The position numbers were made by a program, and so were the translations under genes. Of a stretch of DNA of 64,000 nt, positions 30,057 through 40,740 are shown one piece after another (position 1 is the first letter of the stretch; each line of letters opens with the position of its first letter). The stretch lies in assembly GCA_963745025.1 (NCBI GenBank), contig CAVUWD010000019.1:256001-320000 (forward strand), written 5' to 3'. This DNA is from an uncultured delta proteobacterium (GTDB lineage Bacteria > Desulfobacterota > Binatia > JACPRU01). Below the pieces are notes generated by a model. That model did not search any database. It was given only the letters and a program-made list of their open reading frames with translations, and was not told the DNA's origin.

Positions 30057-30452
30057 TCAACCCCGCGTCACGAAGCGCTCGACCAGGCCGAGGAGCCGCA
30101 CGATGTCGATCGGCTTTTCGACGTAGGCGTTGCAGCCTGCGTTCAGCGCGTTGGCCCGATCCGATGGAAACGCGTGGGCGGTGACGGCCACGATCGGCAA
30201 GCTCTTCCATCGTTCCTGCTGGCGGAGAGCTCGCGTCAGCTCGAGCCCGTCTTCCGCGCCCTTGAGGGAAAGGTCCATCAACACGAGACGCACTCGACCG
30301 CCATCGGATTCGAGCAGCCGCTGCAGCTCGTCTCCCGAGCTCGCCAGGAGAACGTCGTAGCGCTTGCCGAGGAGCACGCCCATGAATCGCTGGGTCTCGA
30401 CGTCATCCTCGACGACGAGCACACACGGGCGGGTCGGTCCTTCCGAGCTCAT
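30057..30452 (-). CDS. Single-domain response regulator (DivK/CheY-like)
   Basis: LVVEDD, LVLMDLSL, AVTAHA, YVEKP. Confidence 0.88.
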   Translation of the reverse strand: MSSEGPTRPCVLVVEDDVETQRFMGVLLGKRYDVLLASSGDELQRLLESDGGRVRLVLMDLSLKGAEDGLELTRALRQQERWKSLPIVAVTAHAFPSDRANALNAGCNAYVEKPIDIVRLLGLVERFVTRG

Positions 30453-30539
30453 TGGATCCTTCGACTCTCGGCGCGGGGCTGACTGCTTTCCGCTTCCGTC
30501 CGGAGAACGAATCGCGAACAGCGGCCCCTTCCGCTTCTC

Positions 30540-30640
30540 CACGATCAGCCAGGCGCCGCTCCCCACATAGTTCTTCATGAGCGCCAGGCCAAGCCCCGAG
30601 CCTCCGAATCGGCGGCTGTAACCGGAGCCTTGCAAAGAGC
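30540..30640 (-). pseudogene. Histidine-kinase HATPase remnant
   Basis: SGYSRRFGGSGLGLALMKNYV is a G2 box; the rest of the kinase is absent. Confidence 0.6.
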
Positions 30641-30805
30641 GCCGCTCGGAGGGGTCCGGAAGAAATCGACTGCAAACACCGTGGGCGGCGAGGGCGGGGT
30701 ATGGTTCAACGCTGCGAAGGTGGTATTTGACTCTCGATCGCGAGCCCTGACCATTTGTGCAAGATGGCGGGCCGACGGGTCGGGGACTATTAAGGAGGTT
30801 CGATC

Positions 30806-32494
30806 ATGACCGGGCTGAAGGAATTGACCGTCCACGGAGCGAAGAGCCTCGCCGACGCGCACGCGCGTCATCGCTGGCAAATTTCATCGGACTACAACGT
30901 CGCGGTCGACTGCCTCGACCGGCCGTTCCACAAGAAGGATGCCGTCGCGCTCTACTACGAGGACGACGAAGGCCACACGGCGACCTACACCTTCGGGCAG
31001 ATGCGCGAGGCGAGCTGCCGCATGGCGAATGCGCTGCGCGGCCTCGGGATCGGACGCGGCGACGTCGTCGCCGTGCACACGCCGCAGCGTCCCGAGACCG
31101 CGATCCTGCACATGGCGCTCTATCGCCTCGGCGCGATCGGCCTGCCCATCTCCAAGCTCTTCGGCCCCGACGCGATTCGGTACCGGCTCGAGAACAGCTC
31201 GGCGAAGGCGATCCTCATGGAGCCCGAGACGGTCGCCAAGCTCGACGGCGTGCGCGACTCCGTCGCGACGCTGCGACAGGTGATCGTCTGCGGCGGCAAG
31301 GCGGCCGGTCTCGGCGGCGCCAAGGTGGACGGTCTCGATTTCGACGACCTGCTCGCCAAAGGCGCCGAGCAGTTCACGCCGGATCGCGCGTCACAGGCCG
31401 AGGATGCGCTGCTCCTCATGTACACCTCGGGCACCACCGGGGATCCCAAGGGCGTCTTGCATGCGCATCGCTACGTGCTCGGCCACAACGGCATCGACTA
31501 CTCCTACAACTTCCTGCGCGACGGTGACCTCTACTACAGCCCCGCAGACTGGGCATGGGCGGGAGGGCTCCTCGACGGCCTGCTCGCCATCTGGCCCTAC
31601 GGCATTCCGGTGCTCGCCTATCGCAGCAAAGCGCGCTTCGATCCCGACGTGACGCTGCGCCTGCTCGAGAAGTACGGCGCGAGCGTCGGGCTCTATCCGC
31701 CGACCGCGCTGAAGACGCTGCGCGAGGTCAAAAAGCCGCGCGAGAAGTACAAGAGCTTGAAGCTTCGCTGTATCGTCAGCGGCGCCGAGCCAGTCTCGCC
31801 CGAGCTCTCTCGCTGGGTCGACGAGGAGCTGAAGGTCGAGTTCAATCAGGGATTCGGCCAGACCGAGGCCAACTACTTCATCGGCACCTGCGGTGCGCTC
31901 GAGCCCTACAGGCTCGAGCCGCTCGGCAAGGCGTTTCCGGGGCACCGCGTGGAGGTCGTCGATGCCGAAGGCAAGCCGGTCAAGCACGGGGAAATCGGCG
32001 AGATCGCCATCGGCAAGGAAAGTCCCGTGGTGATGCGCGAGTACTGGAAGAATCCGGAAGCGATGCAGGAGAAGTTCAAGGGCGAGTGGTGCGTCACCGG
32101 CGACATGGGTTACGCCGACGACGAGGGCTACTTCTACTTTCAGGGCCGCGGAGACGACGTCATCAAGACCTCCGGCTACCGCGTCGGTCCTGCCGAGATC
32201 GAAGCCAAGATCATCGAGGTGAAAGGTGTGGCATCGTGCGCCGTGATCGGCGTATCCGACCCGCAGCGCGGGCAGGCGATCAAGGCGTTCATCAAGGTCA
32301 TGGCCGGCACCGAGAAGTCCGACGCGCTGATCCGCGAGATCCAGGAGCACGTGAAGAAGAAGCTCGCGGCTCACGAATACCCGCGCGAGATCGAGTTCAT
32401 CGACGAGTTCCCGATGACGGTGACGGGGAAGGTTCGCCGGCGGGATCTGCGCGACGCGGAGGAGAAGAAGCGCGCGGCGGCGCGCCGACCGTGA
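30806..32494 (+). CDS. Acyl-CoA synthetase (acetate-CoA ligase-like)
   Basis: YTSGTTGDPKG, FGQTE, TGD, GRGDDVIK, TVTGK; AAGGAGG RBS. Confidence 0.95.
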   Translation: MTGLKELTVHGAKSLADAHARHRWQISSDYNVAVDCLDRPFHKKDAVALYYEDDEGHTATYTFGQMREASCRMANALRGLGIGRGDVVAVHTPQRPETAILHMALYRLGAIGLPISKLFGPDAIRYRLENSSAKAILMEPETVAKLDGVRDSVATLRQVIVCGGKAAGLGGAKVDGLDFDDLLAKGAEQFTPDRASQAEDALLLMYTSGTTGDPKGVLHAHRYVLGHNGIDYSYNFLRDGDLYYSPADWAWAGGLLDGLLAIWPYGIPVLAYRSKARFDPDVTLRLLEKYGASVGLYPPTALKTLREVKKPREKYKSLKLRCIVSGAEPVSPELSRWVDEELKVEFNQGFGQTEANYFIGTCGALEPYRLEPLGKAFPGHRVEVVDAEGKPVKHGEIGEIAIGKESPVVMREYWKNPEAMQEKFKGEWCVTGDMGYADDEGYFYFQGRGDDVIKTSGYRVGPAEIEAKIIEVKGVASCAVIGVSDPQRGQAIKAFIKVMAGTEKSDALIREIQEHVKKKLAAHEYPREIEFIDEFPMTVTGKVRRRDLRDAEEKKRAAARRP

Positions 32495-32540
32495 GGAAGG
32501 TTATCATAGCGAGACGATCAAGGAGATCGTCGGGGAGTTC

Positions 32541-32600
32541 ATGAAGCACTTCTCCGCGGGTGACATGAAGGCGGCGCTCGGCCTGATGGCGGACAGCGCG
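32541..32600 (+). pseudogene. Stub resembling an NTF2/SnoaL-family N-terminus at the island's left border
   Basis: KHFSAGDMKAALGLMADSA, then abrupt loss of coding character. Confidence 0.35.
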
Positions 32601-32739
32601 GCCGGCGGGCCGTATACGGCGGTACCCAGAAGTTCCAGGCCGACCCCCACTATTCGGGATGCTCGATTCGACGAAGCTGCTCGAGGCTGGAAAGCGTGCG
32701 GCTTTTACCCGCGGGGAACTTGGAACGTAGGCGACGGCC

Positions 32740-33324
32740 TCACGACCGCACTGGCTCTTCTGTGTGCTCTTCCTCGTCTCGACTCTGCAACCGAACCCAG
32801 AATATGCAAAACACGGACAAAATGATTGCCGCTAGGATAACGGCCACTCCCAAGACCATCCCTCTGTGCAGCGGGATCCACCACTCCAACAGAACAAACA
32901 GCCACGTCGACACGATGAGCATTGGTAGCGCCAGAAACGGTTCGAGCAAGTGACCGGCCCGCTCAAGCCATGGACAAACCCAGGCATTTCTCCGCCAGTG
33001 TCTGATTCGCTTCTTCGGCCATCCATCGAAAGGCAGCTGTTCCTCCCGTATTTTACCAAGCTTGGCTTCCCTCCCAAGGAACTGGAGATATTTTCGGGCG
33101 TGGTAGCCCTGGTAGAGGAGCACGAACGCGGAGAGGCTTACCAGAATTCCCGCCACTGCTATTCCGTGGGTTACCTCCAGATCCTGGCGCACACCGACAT
33201 AGGCGTTCACCAGAAGCCCTTGAATAACCAACAACCACATGATGCGGTGATTGGTCAATTCGTTTTCGTGCTTGATCAGATCACGAATGACGGTGGCATA
33301 CTGCTCCGGTCCGACGTCGTACAT
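32740..33324 (-). CDS. Hypothetical membrane protein (RipA/SLATT-like N-terminal motif)
   Basis: IKHENELTNHRIMWLLVIQGLL plus about 4 hydrophobic helices; AT-richer than the backbone. Confidence 0.65.
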   Translation of the reverse strand: MYDVGPEQYATVIRDLIKHENELTNHRIMWLLVIQGLLVNAYVGVRQDLEVTHGIAVAGILVSLSAFVLLYQGYHARKYLQFLGREAKLGKIREEQLPFDGWPKKRIRHWRRNAWVCPWLERAGHLLEPFLALPMLIVSTWLFVLLEWWIPLHRGMVLGVAVILAAIILSVFCIFWVRLQSRDEEEHTEEPVRS

Positions 33325-33531
33325 AGGTCGGTTCCCCCTATCTCGTCAGGCCGCTCGATCGGGGCCAGCAAGAGTGAATATATCGCATGCTCAGGGTATG
33401 CCGACGCCCCGGCCCGCCGTCTCCTCCTCCTCGTTGTCCTCCTCCGTGACGAGTTTGTGAGCGAGGTAGTACTTGTAGATGTTTTCGCGACGTAGGCGCG
33501 TGCCACCAGAAGGAATCACACATGACACGCG

Positions 33532-33996
33532 TCAGCCCATGATCAGGAAGTAGACTCCTGCGAGGCCGATGGCCGTGAGGAGCACGCCCACCGTGATGCT
33601 GAGCGGCCACTGCGTCAGGACGGGCGTCTCGCCCCGCCGGAGCCTGCGCAGCGCGCCCCAGTGGGAGGCGCCGGCGAGCACCGTCGCAATGATCCCCAGG
33701 AACAAGAGCGCCATGCCCATCTGGATCGCTCCCTCGTGCATGCGGGCCGCCTCTGCGCTCTGCGGATGCTCTTCCCGCAAGGCGCGGAAGAATGCGACCA
33801 TGCCGAAGCCGAAGCTCGCCATAGTCAACGTCGTCCGGATCCAGGCGAGCGTCGTCCGGTCCAAAGCCAACTTCACACGGTAGCTGGCCAGGCTCGTCCG
33901 ATCGCGAGCCAGCGCGGTGGCGTCCTTCTCGAGCTCTTCACGGCCCCCGACTTCGCCACGCGCCGGGCCGAGAGACGGCCGTGTAATCTCGCTCAC
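33532..33996 (-). CDS. DUF202/YidH-family membrane protein
   Basis: LALDRTTLAWIRTTLTMASFGF; GGAGG RBS before GTG 33996. Confidence 0.9.
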   Translation of the reverse strand: MSEITRPSLGPARGEVGGREELEKDATALARDRTSLASYRVKLALDRTTLAWIRTTLTMASFGFGMVAFFRALREEHPQSAEAARMHEGAIQMGMALLFLGIIATVLAGASHWGALRRLRRGETPVLTQWPLSITVGVLLTAIGLAGVYFLIMG

Positions 33997-34325
33997 GAGC
34001 TCACCTCCTCGCCTTCGACAGGCTCCGCCCCGAACTGTCCCATACTGTGCGCTGAGGAGCAGGTCTGTCTTCGCCTTCACCCGGTGAAGGGCGAGAGACG
34101 AGCCCGCAGGCTTCGCAGCGCTGTAGGCCTCGCTCCATGGCGGTCACGGCGAGGTCGTCACGAGATCGGCTCGGCCATGGGCTTACTGCGCGGGGCGCCC
34201 GCCTCGGCCCATTGCCGGTCCCAAACCTCCCGCGGATCGAAGTTCGCTTGAATCGCTGCGAGGATGAAGACGAGCGCTCCGAGGAGCGAACAGCGCCACG
34301 CTCGGGATCATCTGCGCGCGGATCG

Positions 34326-35414
34326 TCACCTGCCAGGGATTCCCGCGACGTGCTGCAGGTCGATCACCGAACAGATCGGCGAAGAGTGTGTCACATAGGC
34401 GAGCTTGCCGTCGGGACTGACGGCGATCGCCCGCGGCTCATTGGCCACGCCGACCGTCGCGACGACCGCGTTCGTGCGGGTGTCGATCACGGAGACCTCG
34501 CTCGCGCCGTAGCAGGTCACGTAGACGAAGGTGCCGCTCGGGTCGACGGCGATGCCAAGGGGCTCGGCGTCGACTGGAATCGAGGTCACCGTCCCGGTGG
34601 CGAGATCGATGGCCTGAACGCCACCCGCCATTCCAGTCGGAATGTACGCCCGCGTGCCGTCGGGGGTCACGACGAAGCCGACGGGAGCAGCCGGCAGAGG
34701 GATCTTGGAGACGACGCTGCCGCTCGCCGCGTCGAAAACGAGGAGCGTGCCGTCGACGCACGCAAGCTTGCAGCCGGCGACATATAGGCGCTGCCCGTCG
34801 GGGCTGGCCGCGATGCCCACGGGATGAATGTCGAGTGGATGCCTACCGGCGATGGTGTTGGTGGCCGTGTCGATGACGACGAAATAGTCCTCCATCGGCG
34901 TGGCGTTAGTCACGTACGCCCGCCGGCCGTCGGGGCTGATCGCCACAGCCGGCGAGCGAACCGGGCGCTCGAGCGGCGCGAGGTCTATGCTCGTGGCCAA
35001 GCTGTCGTGAGTCGTGTCGAGCACGAACAGGGAGACACCTGCTAGGTCGGCCACGTAGGCGTGCGCGCCGTCGCGGGTGAGCGCGATCGCATAGGGTCGC
35101 CCCTCCGTCCTGATCGTGCTGACGACCTGCCTGCTGGTGAGGTCGAGGGCGAGGACACTGCCGGTCTGGAGCGGCACGTAGGCGCGCGTGCCGTCGGGAC
35201 GCACCGCCACGTCGGTACCGTAGTTGCTGAGCGGGATGGTTGCGACCACGGCGGAAGCGCTGGCCTGCAGCCCACCGGCACCCCCGCCAGAGGGCACCCC
35301 ACAGCCGAACGATCCGACGACCAGGAGTGTGATTGCTGCCGCGACGTTTATCGTTGCGCGCGGGCGCTCATTCATGGCTGGGGCCCTATAGATCATGTTT
35401 GCGATATCGGCCAT
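34326..35414 (-). CDS. YncE/YVTN-family beta-propeller protein (possible lipoprotein)
   Basis: Repeated xPDGxRAYV and VSVIDT..N.VVATV blades; GSFGC possible lipobox. Confidence 0.88.
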   Translation of the reverse strand: MADIANMIYRAPAMNERPRATINVAAAITLLVVGSFGCGVPSGGGAGGLQASASAVVATIPLSNYGTDVAVRPDGTRAYVPLQTGSVLALDLTSRQVVSTIRTEGRPYAIALTRDGAHAYVADLAGVSLFVLDTTHDSLATSIDLAPLERPVRSPAVAISPDGRRAYVTNATPMEDYFVVIDTATNTIAGRHPLDIHPVGIAASPDGQRLYVAGCKLACVDGTLLVFDAASGSVVSKIPLPAAPVGFVVTPDGTRAYIPTGMAGGVQAIDLATGTVTSIPVDAEPLGIAVDPSGTFVYVTCYGASEVSVIDTRTNAVVATVGVANEPRAIAVSPDGKLAYVTHSSPICSVIDLQHVAGIPGR

Positions 35415-35479
35415 CGTGGATTCCCCCTCCGGTCCCATCGTTGCTGGCCTCGTGTCAAAGCACCTTCGTCCGGGGTCGG

Positions 35480-35520
35480 AGAAGGGGAGCCCTACCTGAA
35501 AGGGTCGGAGCTCCCTTTCT
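35480..35520 (-). terminator. Hairpin downstream of the 35534-35971 gene
   Basis: AGAAGGGGAGC...GCTCCCTTTCT inverted repeat. Confidence 0.45.
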
Positions 35521-35533
35521 CCGAGAGCTCGGC

Positions 35534-35971
35534 TTACTTCTTGATCTTCATGCTGACGCCTTCGGCGGCAAACGTGAACTTCAGGCCCTGCGTGGTGGAT
35601 ACCAGGCGGATCTCCACGCCGTTCTGATTCCTCATGATGCTCGCGCTCGCGCCTCCTGCCACCGTGGCGCCAGCGGCCGCAGCCGTGTAGTTGCCGTCGA
35701 AGTCGGAGAGCTTGGCGAGGTGATACACGTCTCCGGCTGCTTCTGCCTTGCTAATGCCCACGTCACCCACGGAGAGACCCTTCACCTCGACATCGTACTT
35801 CTTGCCCTGGTAGGTCAGGGTACCGGCTGCCCAGCTGTAGCCGATGCCGACGGCCACCGAGCCGCCGCTCAGCTCGATCCTACCGTCGGGCTTGTCCTCC
35901 GCTCGAGCCGCGGTCAGGAGAAAACCCAACGCAGCAACAGTCGCCAACATGCATATGTTCCGCATTCTCAT
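35534..35971 (-). CDS. Secreted DUF1134/EipA-like protein
   Basis: Signal peptide; GIGYSWAAGTLTYQGK, GLSVGDVG, DFDGNY, MRNQNGV. Confidence 0.8.
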   Translation of the reverse strand: MRMRNICMLATVAALGFLLTAARAEDKPDGRIELSGGSVAVGIGYSWAAGTLTYQGKKYDVEVKGLSVGDVGISKAEAAGDVYHLAKLSDFDGNYTAAAAGATVAGGASASIMRNQNGVEIRLVSTTQGLKFTFAAEGVSMKIKK

Positions 35972-36195
35972 ACTGACTCCTCTTCTGTCGTCATCGTCGC
36001 GATTCACGTTCTCATGCGCAAATGTGCCCTTCTTCGGCCAGGCGGCGGTCGAGCCAACTGATTCAGCCACCGAGACTCTATCATCGAGGCTGCTAACACG
36101 CCGGGCGTGCATCGCGCAGCGGCCAGCTCGGTTCCTTCCTTTCTCGTCGCCATCGCCATCAAGTCGTCCGAATGTGCGCTACGACCCCTGAATCT

Positions 36196-36300
36196 CTACT
36201 GTTCTTCGGTGACGATCTCTATCCGTCCTGCGCGCACCGCCTTCTCCAGCACTGCATGGTCACGTTCGCTTTGATCGGCGTACGCGATGGAGAAGGCCGC
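36196..36300 (-). pseudogene. C-terminal remnant of a second DUF2252 paralog
   Basis: Encodes FSIAYADQSERDHAVLEKAVRAGRIEIVTEEQ*; near-identical to 37017-37107. Confidence 0.8.
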
Positions 36301-36827
36301 ACGGCCAGCGGACGATGAACGGCGTGCGCAGCGAGCCCTCCATCGCGCGTGAAGTACGTGCCGCGCCAGGGCCCGCTGTCGCCCTCCCAGGGGTCAGTCG
36401 CCTCCGGGCCGTTGTCGCTCGTGAAGATGACCAGCGTATTGTCTTCGATGCCAGCTTCCTTGATGGTGTCGAGGATCTGGCCGGTCCGGTAGTCCATCTC
36501 CGCGAGGCAATCCGCCCAGTCGCCGTTGCCGGTCTTACCGGCGAACTCCGGGTTCGGCAGCGTTGGCATGTGGACCAACGAGAAGGACACGTATGCGTAG
36601 AACGGCTTGCCGGCCTTCACCTGACGCTGCATGAAGTCGATGCTGCGGCGCGTGATCTCCGCTTCCATGAGCCGGCGTTGCTCCACGTCCAGTGTTCCGA
36701 CCTGCCGGGCCCTGTCGCCTTTGCGCGCTTCATAGATGGGTTCTGGGGGAACGACCTTCGCGTTCCAGCCCTGCTTGTCGCCGACCGACGGCCACATGCC
36801 TTTCGTCTCGTTCAATGATCTTTTCAT
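36301..36827 (-). pseudogene. Internally deleted arylsulfatase fragment
   Basis: GKPFYAYV..HMP, EMDYRTGQILD, NTLVIFTSDNG, (shifted) EGSLRTPFIVRWP; catalytic CxxxR motif missing. Confidence 0.8.
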
Positions 36828-37002
36828 TGTTGTTCTCCTGAGGTTTAGACGATCATCAAGAAGCGCCGGATTGCGATCGCGCGGAATCCGGTCGGCCTAC
36901 AAACGCTTCGTGAGCGATGCCGGCTTCTTGATGCCTTATCGCGTCGCGCCTTTCGTGGTCGCCGACCCGCGTTTTCGGATTGGTCGTTTCCACGCCGGGG
37001 CT

Positions 37003-38421
37003 CTATCGCGGCTCCATGACGATTTCTATCCGTCCTGCGCGCACCGCCTTTTCCAGTACTGCATGGTCGCGTTCGCTTTGATCGGCGTAGGCGATGGAGA
37101 AGTCCGCGATGGCCTTGTCGAAGTGGTCGCTCTTGCCGAGGTAGCCGCTGATCTGCGCGGGCGCACCGGAGCGGGCGTGGGCGCGCGCCAGCGTCCAGCC
37201 GCAGATCTCGGCATACTGGGTCATGACGCCCGGACGTGAACAGCTCGACCAGGGGCCCCGATCTTCATGTCCCTGAGCTGGCGGACGTAGAAATGCCGGC
37301 CGAGCTTGCCCTTCGTCCAGCCGAGGAAGATGTCGCTCGCCGATTGCATGAGTCGGTAGCCGTTCACGACCCGCTGGCCATGATTGGGGTAGATGCTCTT
37401 GCCGGCATACGCCTCCAGGACCGAGGGGCGCGCCTCCTTGACCTGGAGGAACAGGGGATCCTGCTCGCTGGCCATCAGCAGCATGACGGCGCAGAAGGTG
37501 CCGACGCTGCCGACACCGACCACCTTGATGGCGATGTCCTTGAGCTCATAACGGTCGAGGAGCACCCGTCGGTCTTCCTGCAGCGATTCCCGGTAGCCGG
37601 CAAAGGCCGCCCGGGCGCGCGTCAGCAGATCTCTCACACCCTCGTTCACGCGGGTGGTAGATCAGCGGCGGGTTGTCCTTGATGGTCGGCCGCTGACCGG
37701 CCATGGCCGCGAGCTTGGGAAAGTCGTGTTCCAGCACGCTGCGCGCGCGGGCCTTGGCCAGCCGCTTCTGGTGCCGCTGGCGGGCCTCCTTGTCCTTGAT
37801 CGTCGGAAGCACTTCTTCGACGTCGATGCTCGCGTACCACACGTCCAGCACCGGCATCTGGCTGTATTCCGCCATGCGTTCGCGATACGACCGAACGCAG
37901 GCCAGCACGGCATCGCGCGCGCCGCCCTTGCTGAAGCCGTTGTTGCGACAGGCAAGGACGAAGCTCGCGGCCAGGCGCTTGACGTCCCACTCCCACGGGG
38001 CGGGAAGGGTCTCGTCCAGGTCGTTGATGTCGAAGATGACCCGTCGTTCCGGCGTGGCGAAGTCGCCGAAGTTGAGCAGATGGCAGTCGCCGCACGCCTG
38101 CACGCGCAGGCCGGTCGCCGGCGTGACCGCCAGGTCGGCCGCCATGTTGAGCGCCGCCCCGCGATAGAAGGTGAACGGCGACCGCACCATGCGTCCGTGG
38201 CGAATGGGGATCAGCTCGGGAATGCGCCCCTTGTTCGATTCCTCCAGCAACCGCAACGGATCCGGGCGGTTGTGCGGCGCCTTCCAGACCGCGTGCGAGC
38301 TGCGCGGGCACTTCTCCCGCAGGCTCTTTCCCATCGCATAGAGTTCAGCCTGCGAAGGACGAGAGCCGAGCGCCGGCGTCGGTCCGATCGATGGTGTTCG
38401 CGCCGACTGTCCCATCAACAT
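37003..38421 (-). pseudogene. DUF2252-family (kinase-like) protein split by apparent +1 insertions
   Basis: RHGRM..SPFTFYRG, CGDCHLLNFG, DINDLDE, KVVGVGSVGT, FYVRQLRDMK, GWTLARAHARSG across frames; shifts near 37640, 37257, 37235. Confidence 0.85.
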
Positions 38422-38448
38422 AATCCAGGTACAAAGGAAATATGAATC

Positions 38449-39354
38449 CTACTCCGGAAAAAGAAGCTTGATTTGGAAGCGCAACTGCCAATCAGCCCCA
38501 AATTGCGGTTTTGCCACATTGTCGAAGGCCTGGAGTTGCATGTCGATCGGGTGTTTGTCTATTTTGAACAGTCTGCCCACACCGCCACCGACCGGAACCG
38601 TCCACACATCGCCCGCCTTGTCGGCTTTCCAGTTGGCCGTCAGGATCGGTACGCTCGTCAAATACCAACCCTCGGAAAGATTGTAATTCACGAACGGCTG
38701 AAGCAGGAACGCGTTTACGCTCTTCTCGCCCCAGCCGGCAACCGACCACTGGTTGTTCATCAGCGCCCCAAAGAGCCAATGTCCTTGTATTGTCAACACT
38801 ACTGCCGCAGGACCCATGCTGAATTTGCCGTTCCCCAAAAGGGAGTCGGTGGCGGTCGGCAGAGTCAATGTCGGCCCCAAGCCCCAAATCAGCTCGCCGG
38901 GCTTTGCCGGTGAGAGAAAAACCGTCGGGTTTAGGTCCCCAAGCCCCGTCGCACTGCTCATTCCAGGAAACAGCGACGGTTGGTTGATAATCGGTAAGAT
39001 GGTGCGCGTAATCAGATTCCAGTCGTCGGCAATGTGAATCGGAATCACCGGCTCGAGGTTACCCACATAAACGGTCGCGTCCTTTGATCCCGTGCCGAAG
39101 TAGAAGTTGTTCTGAAGCGGCACACTGATGAGATTCGCTATCGGGTTCTGTGACTGCTTCGCTAGCTCTTCAGCGCTGGGTTCTTGCGGGCTGGGTTGTT
39201 GTGGCTCCGCAGCCTCCGTGGACACCGCTGAGAGTAAATAAAGAGTGCTCAGTAGGGCGAAAAATTTACGCGCTCTTGTCGTTATTCTCTTCTGCCACGA
39301 CGTTTCCTTGCACCGCATCTGGTAGTCCTTGTCGTCCACGGGCGTCGTCGTCAA
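38449..39354 (-). CDS. Putative outer-membrane beta-barrel of the sulfatase-associated family
   Basis: ELAKQSQNPIANLISVPLQNN, TGLGD, WGLGP..LPTATD; ends WQLRFQIKLLFPE; start uncertain. Confidence 0.8.
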   Translation of the reverse strand: MTTTPVDDKDYQMRCKETSWQKRITTRARKFFALLSTLYLLSAVSTEAAEPQQPSPQEPSAEELAKQSQNPIANLISVPLQNNFYFGTGSKDATVYVGNLEPVIPIHIADDWNLITRTILPIINQPSLFPGMSSATGLGDLNPTVFLSPAKPGELIWGLGPTLTLPTATDSLLGNGKFSMGPAAVVLTIQGHWLFGALMNNQWSVAGWGEKSVNAFLLQPFVNYNLSEGWYLTSVPILTANWKADKAGDVWTVPVGGGVGRLFKIDKHPIDMQLQAFDNVAKPQFGADWQLRFQIKLLFPE

Positions 39355-39399
39355 ACGTGGCGATGCGTTCGGTGCCGATCGGGACGGCGACGCGAGCTC

Positions 39400-40740
39400 T
39401 CAGTTGGAAGAGCCGAACAGCTCCACGGTCGCGAACGGTTCAGCCGACCACGGCCGGAAGCGGTTGAGGGTGAACTTCGTTGGCTGGCCTGGCTGCACAT
39501 CCACGAGCAGGTAGTTGTATTCCTCCTTGGGAGGCTGGCCCTTCCAGTAGAGGTCCTGCGGGTATCCTTCGGGCACTTTGAAGCTCGTGCGCCCGGGGAG
39601 GATGGGATCCTGCTCCGCGCCGCCGCCGCCGAGGAGGAGGTATTTCACGCCGTCTACGGCGAACACTTCGGTGGTGTGGACATGCCCGTTGAAGACCACG
39701 ATGTCGAGGTCCTTGGCGTAGGAGGCGAAAATCTTGTGGGGATTCTGCACCTCGGGGATGGGGCCCATGCCGGAGCGGCAAAATGCCGGGGCGTGGAAGG
39801 CGATGAAGACCTTTTTGGTTCCCGCGGCTTTCGCCTCGTCGAGCCACTGCCTCAGCTCTTTCATCTGGGCCTCGTAGGCAGGCTGGGTGGCGTCCCAGCC
39901 CGTGGGCTGGCGATAGTCGTAGGGGCCGGTCCAGAGGAAGATGAAGCGCGCGTCGTTGAAATCGAATTTATAAATAAGCCGCTTGTCGGTGACTCCGAAT
40001 TTTTTCAAGTAGGGAAACGCTGCGAGGAGGCCCTGGACATCGGAGTCATCCCAAACTTCGTGGTTGCCGACGGCGGGGTAAACGCGGCCTGGGAGCCCGG
40101 CGGCTTGCATCTGGGCGTCGGCCGCGGGCAGTTGGTTGAGTACGTTCTCATACACGAGCTTCCAATAAGGGTTTTCGGAGGGCTTGGCACCCTGGGTGCC
40201 CCACCACACCATGTCGCCGGTATTCAGAACGAACTTGGCCTTCCCGGCCTGGACCGCATTCACGAGGCCGTGGGCAACCCACTCGCCCCCGTACAGTCGG
40301 AACATGGTCCGGCGCACGCCGGGGAGCAGTTTCACGTCCTCGACGGAAGCCTCGGTGACCCAGCCCTGGTCCACGGTCAGGGTCATGGCTTCGCTCCTGC
40401 TCATGAACGGCATGACGACCTGCACCAGTTGTTTGGTGGCCGGGTCGTAAGTGAGCTTCACGTTTTTTTGCACGACTTCTTCCGCGATCTTCTCCGGCAT
40501 CACCAACTCGAACAAATTGACGAGCAGCTTGATCGCCTCCGCCCGCCGGTCCGACGCGGGCGGGAGATACAGCATCGAGCGCGAGTCGCCATAGACGGCG
40601 AACGAGAAGCCAGAATCGGGAGAGGAAGGCCCCTCCCGTTCCGCCTGGGCGGTGGCACAGCCGGCCCAGAGCGTCAGAAGCGCAGCCGCGGACGCAAGCG
40701 TGTTCATCGATCGAGCAAGCCACGCTGGTCGTGTCTTCAT
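39400..40740 (-). CDS. Secreted calcineurin-like metallophosphoesterase
   Basis: YGDSR, NTGD, GNHE, FHAP, NGHVH; signal or lipobox (WAGC). Confidence 0.88.
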   Translation of the reverse strand: MKTRPAWLARSMNTLASAAALLTLWAGCATAQAEREGPSSPDSGFSFAVYGDSRSMLYLPPASDRRAEAIKLLVNLFELVMPEKIAEEVVQKNVKLTYDPATKQLVQVVMPFMSRSEAMTLTVDQGWVTEASVEDVKLLPGVRRTMFRLYGGEWVAHGLVNAVQAGKAKFVLNTGDMVWWGTQGAKPSENPYWKLVYENVLNQLPAADAQMQAAGLPGRVYPAVGNHEVWDDSDVQGLLAAFPYLKKFGVTDKRLIYKFDFNDARFIFLWTGPYDYRQPTGWDATQPAYEAQMKELRQWLDEAKAAGTKKVFIAFHAPAFCRSGMGPIPEVQNPHKIFASYAKDLDIVVFNGHVHTTEVFAVDGVKYLLLGGGGAEQDPILPGRTSFKVPEGYPQDLYWKGQPPKEEYNYLLVDVQPGQPTKFTLNRFRPWSAEPFATVELFGSSN

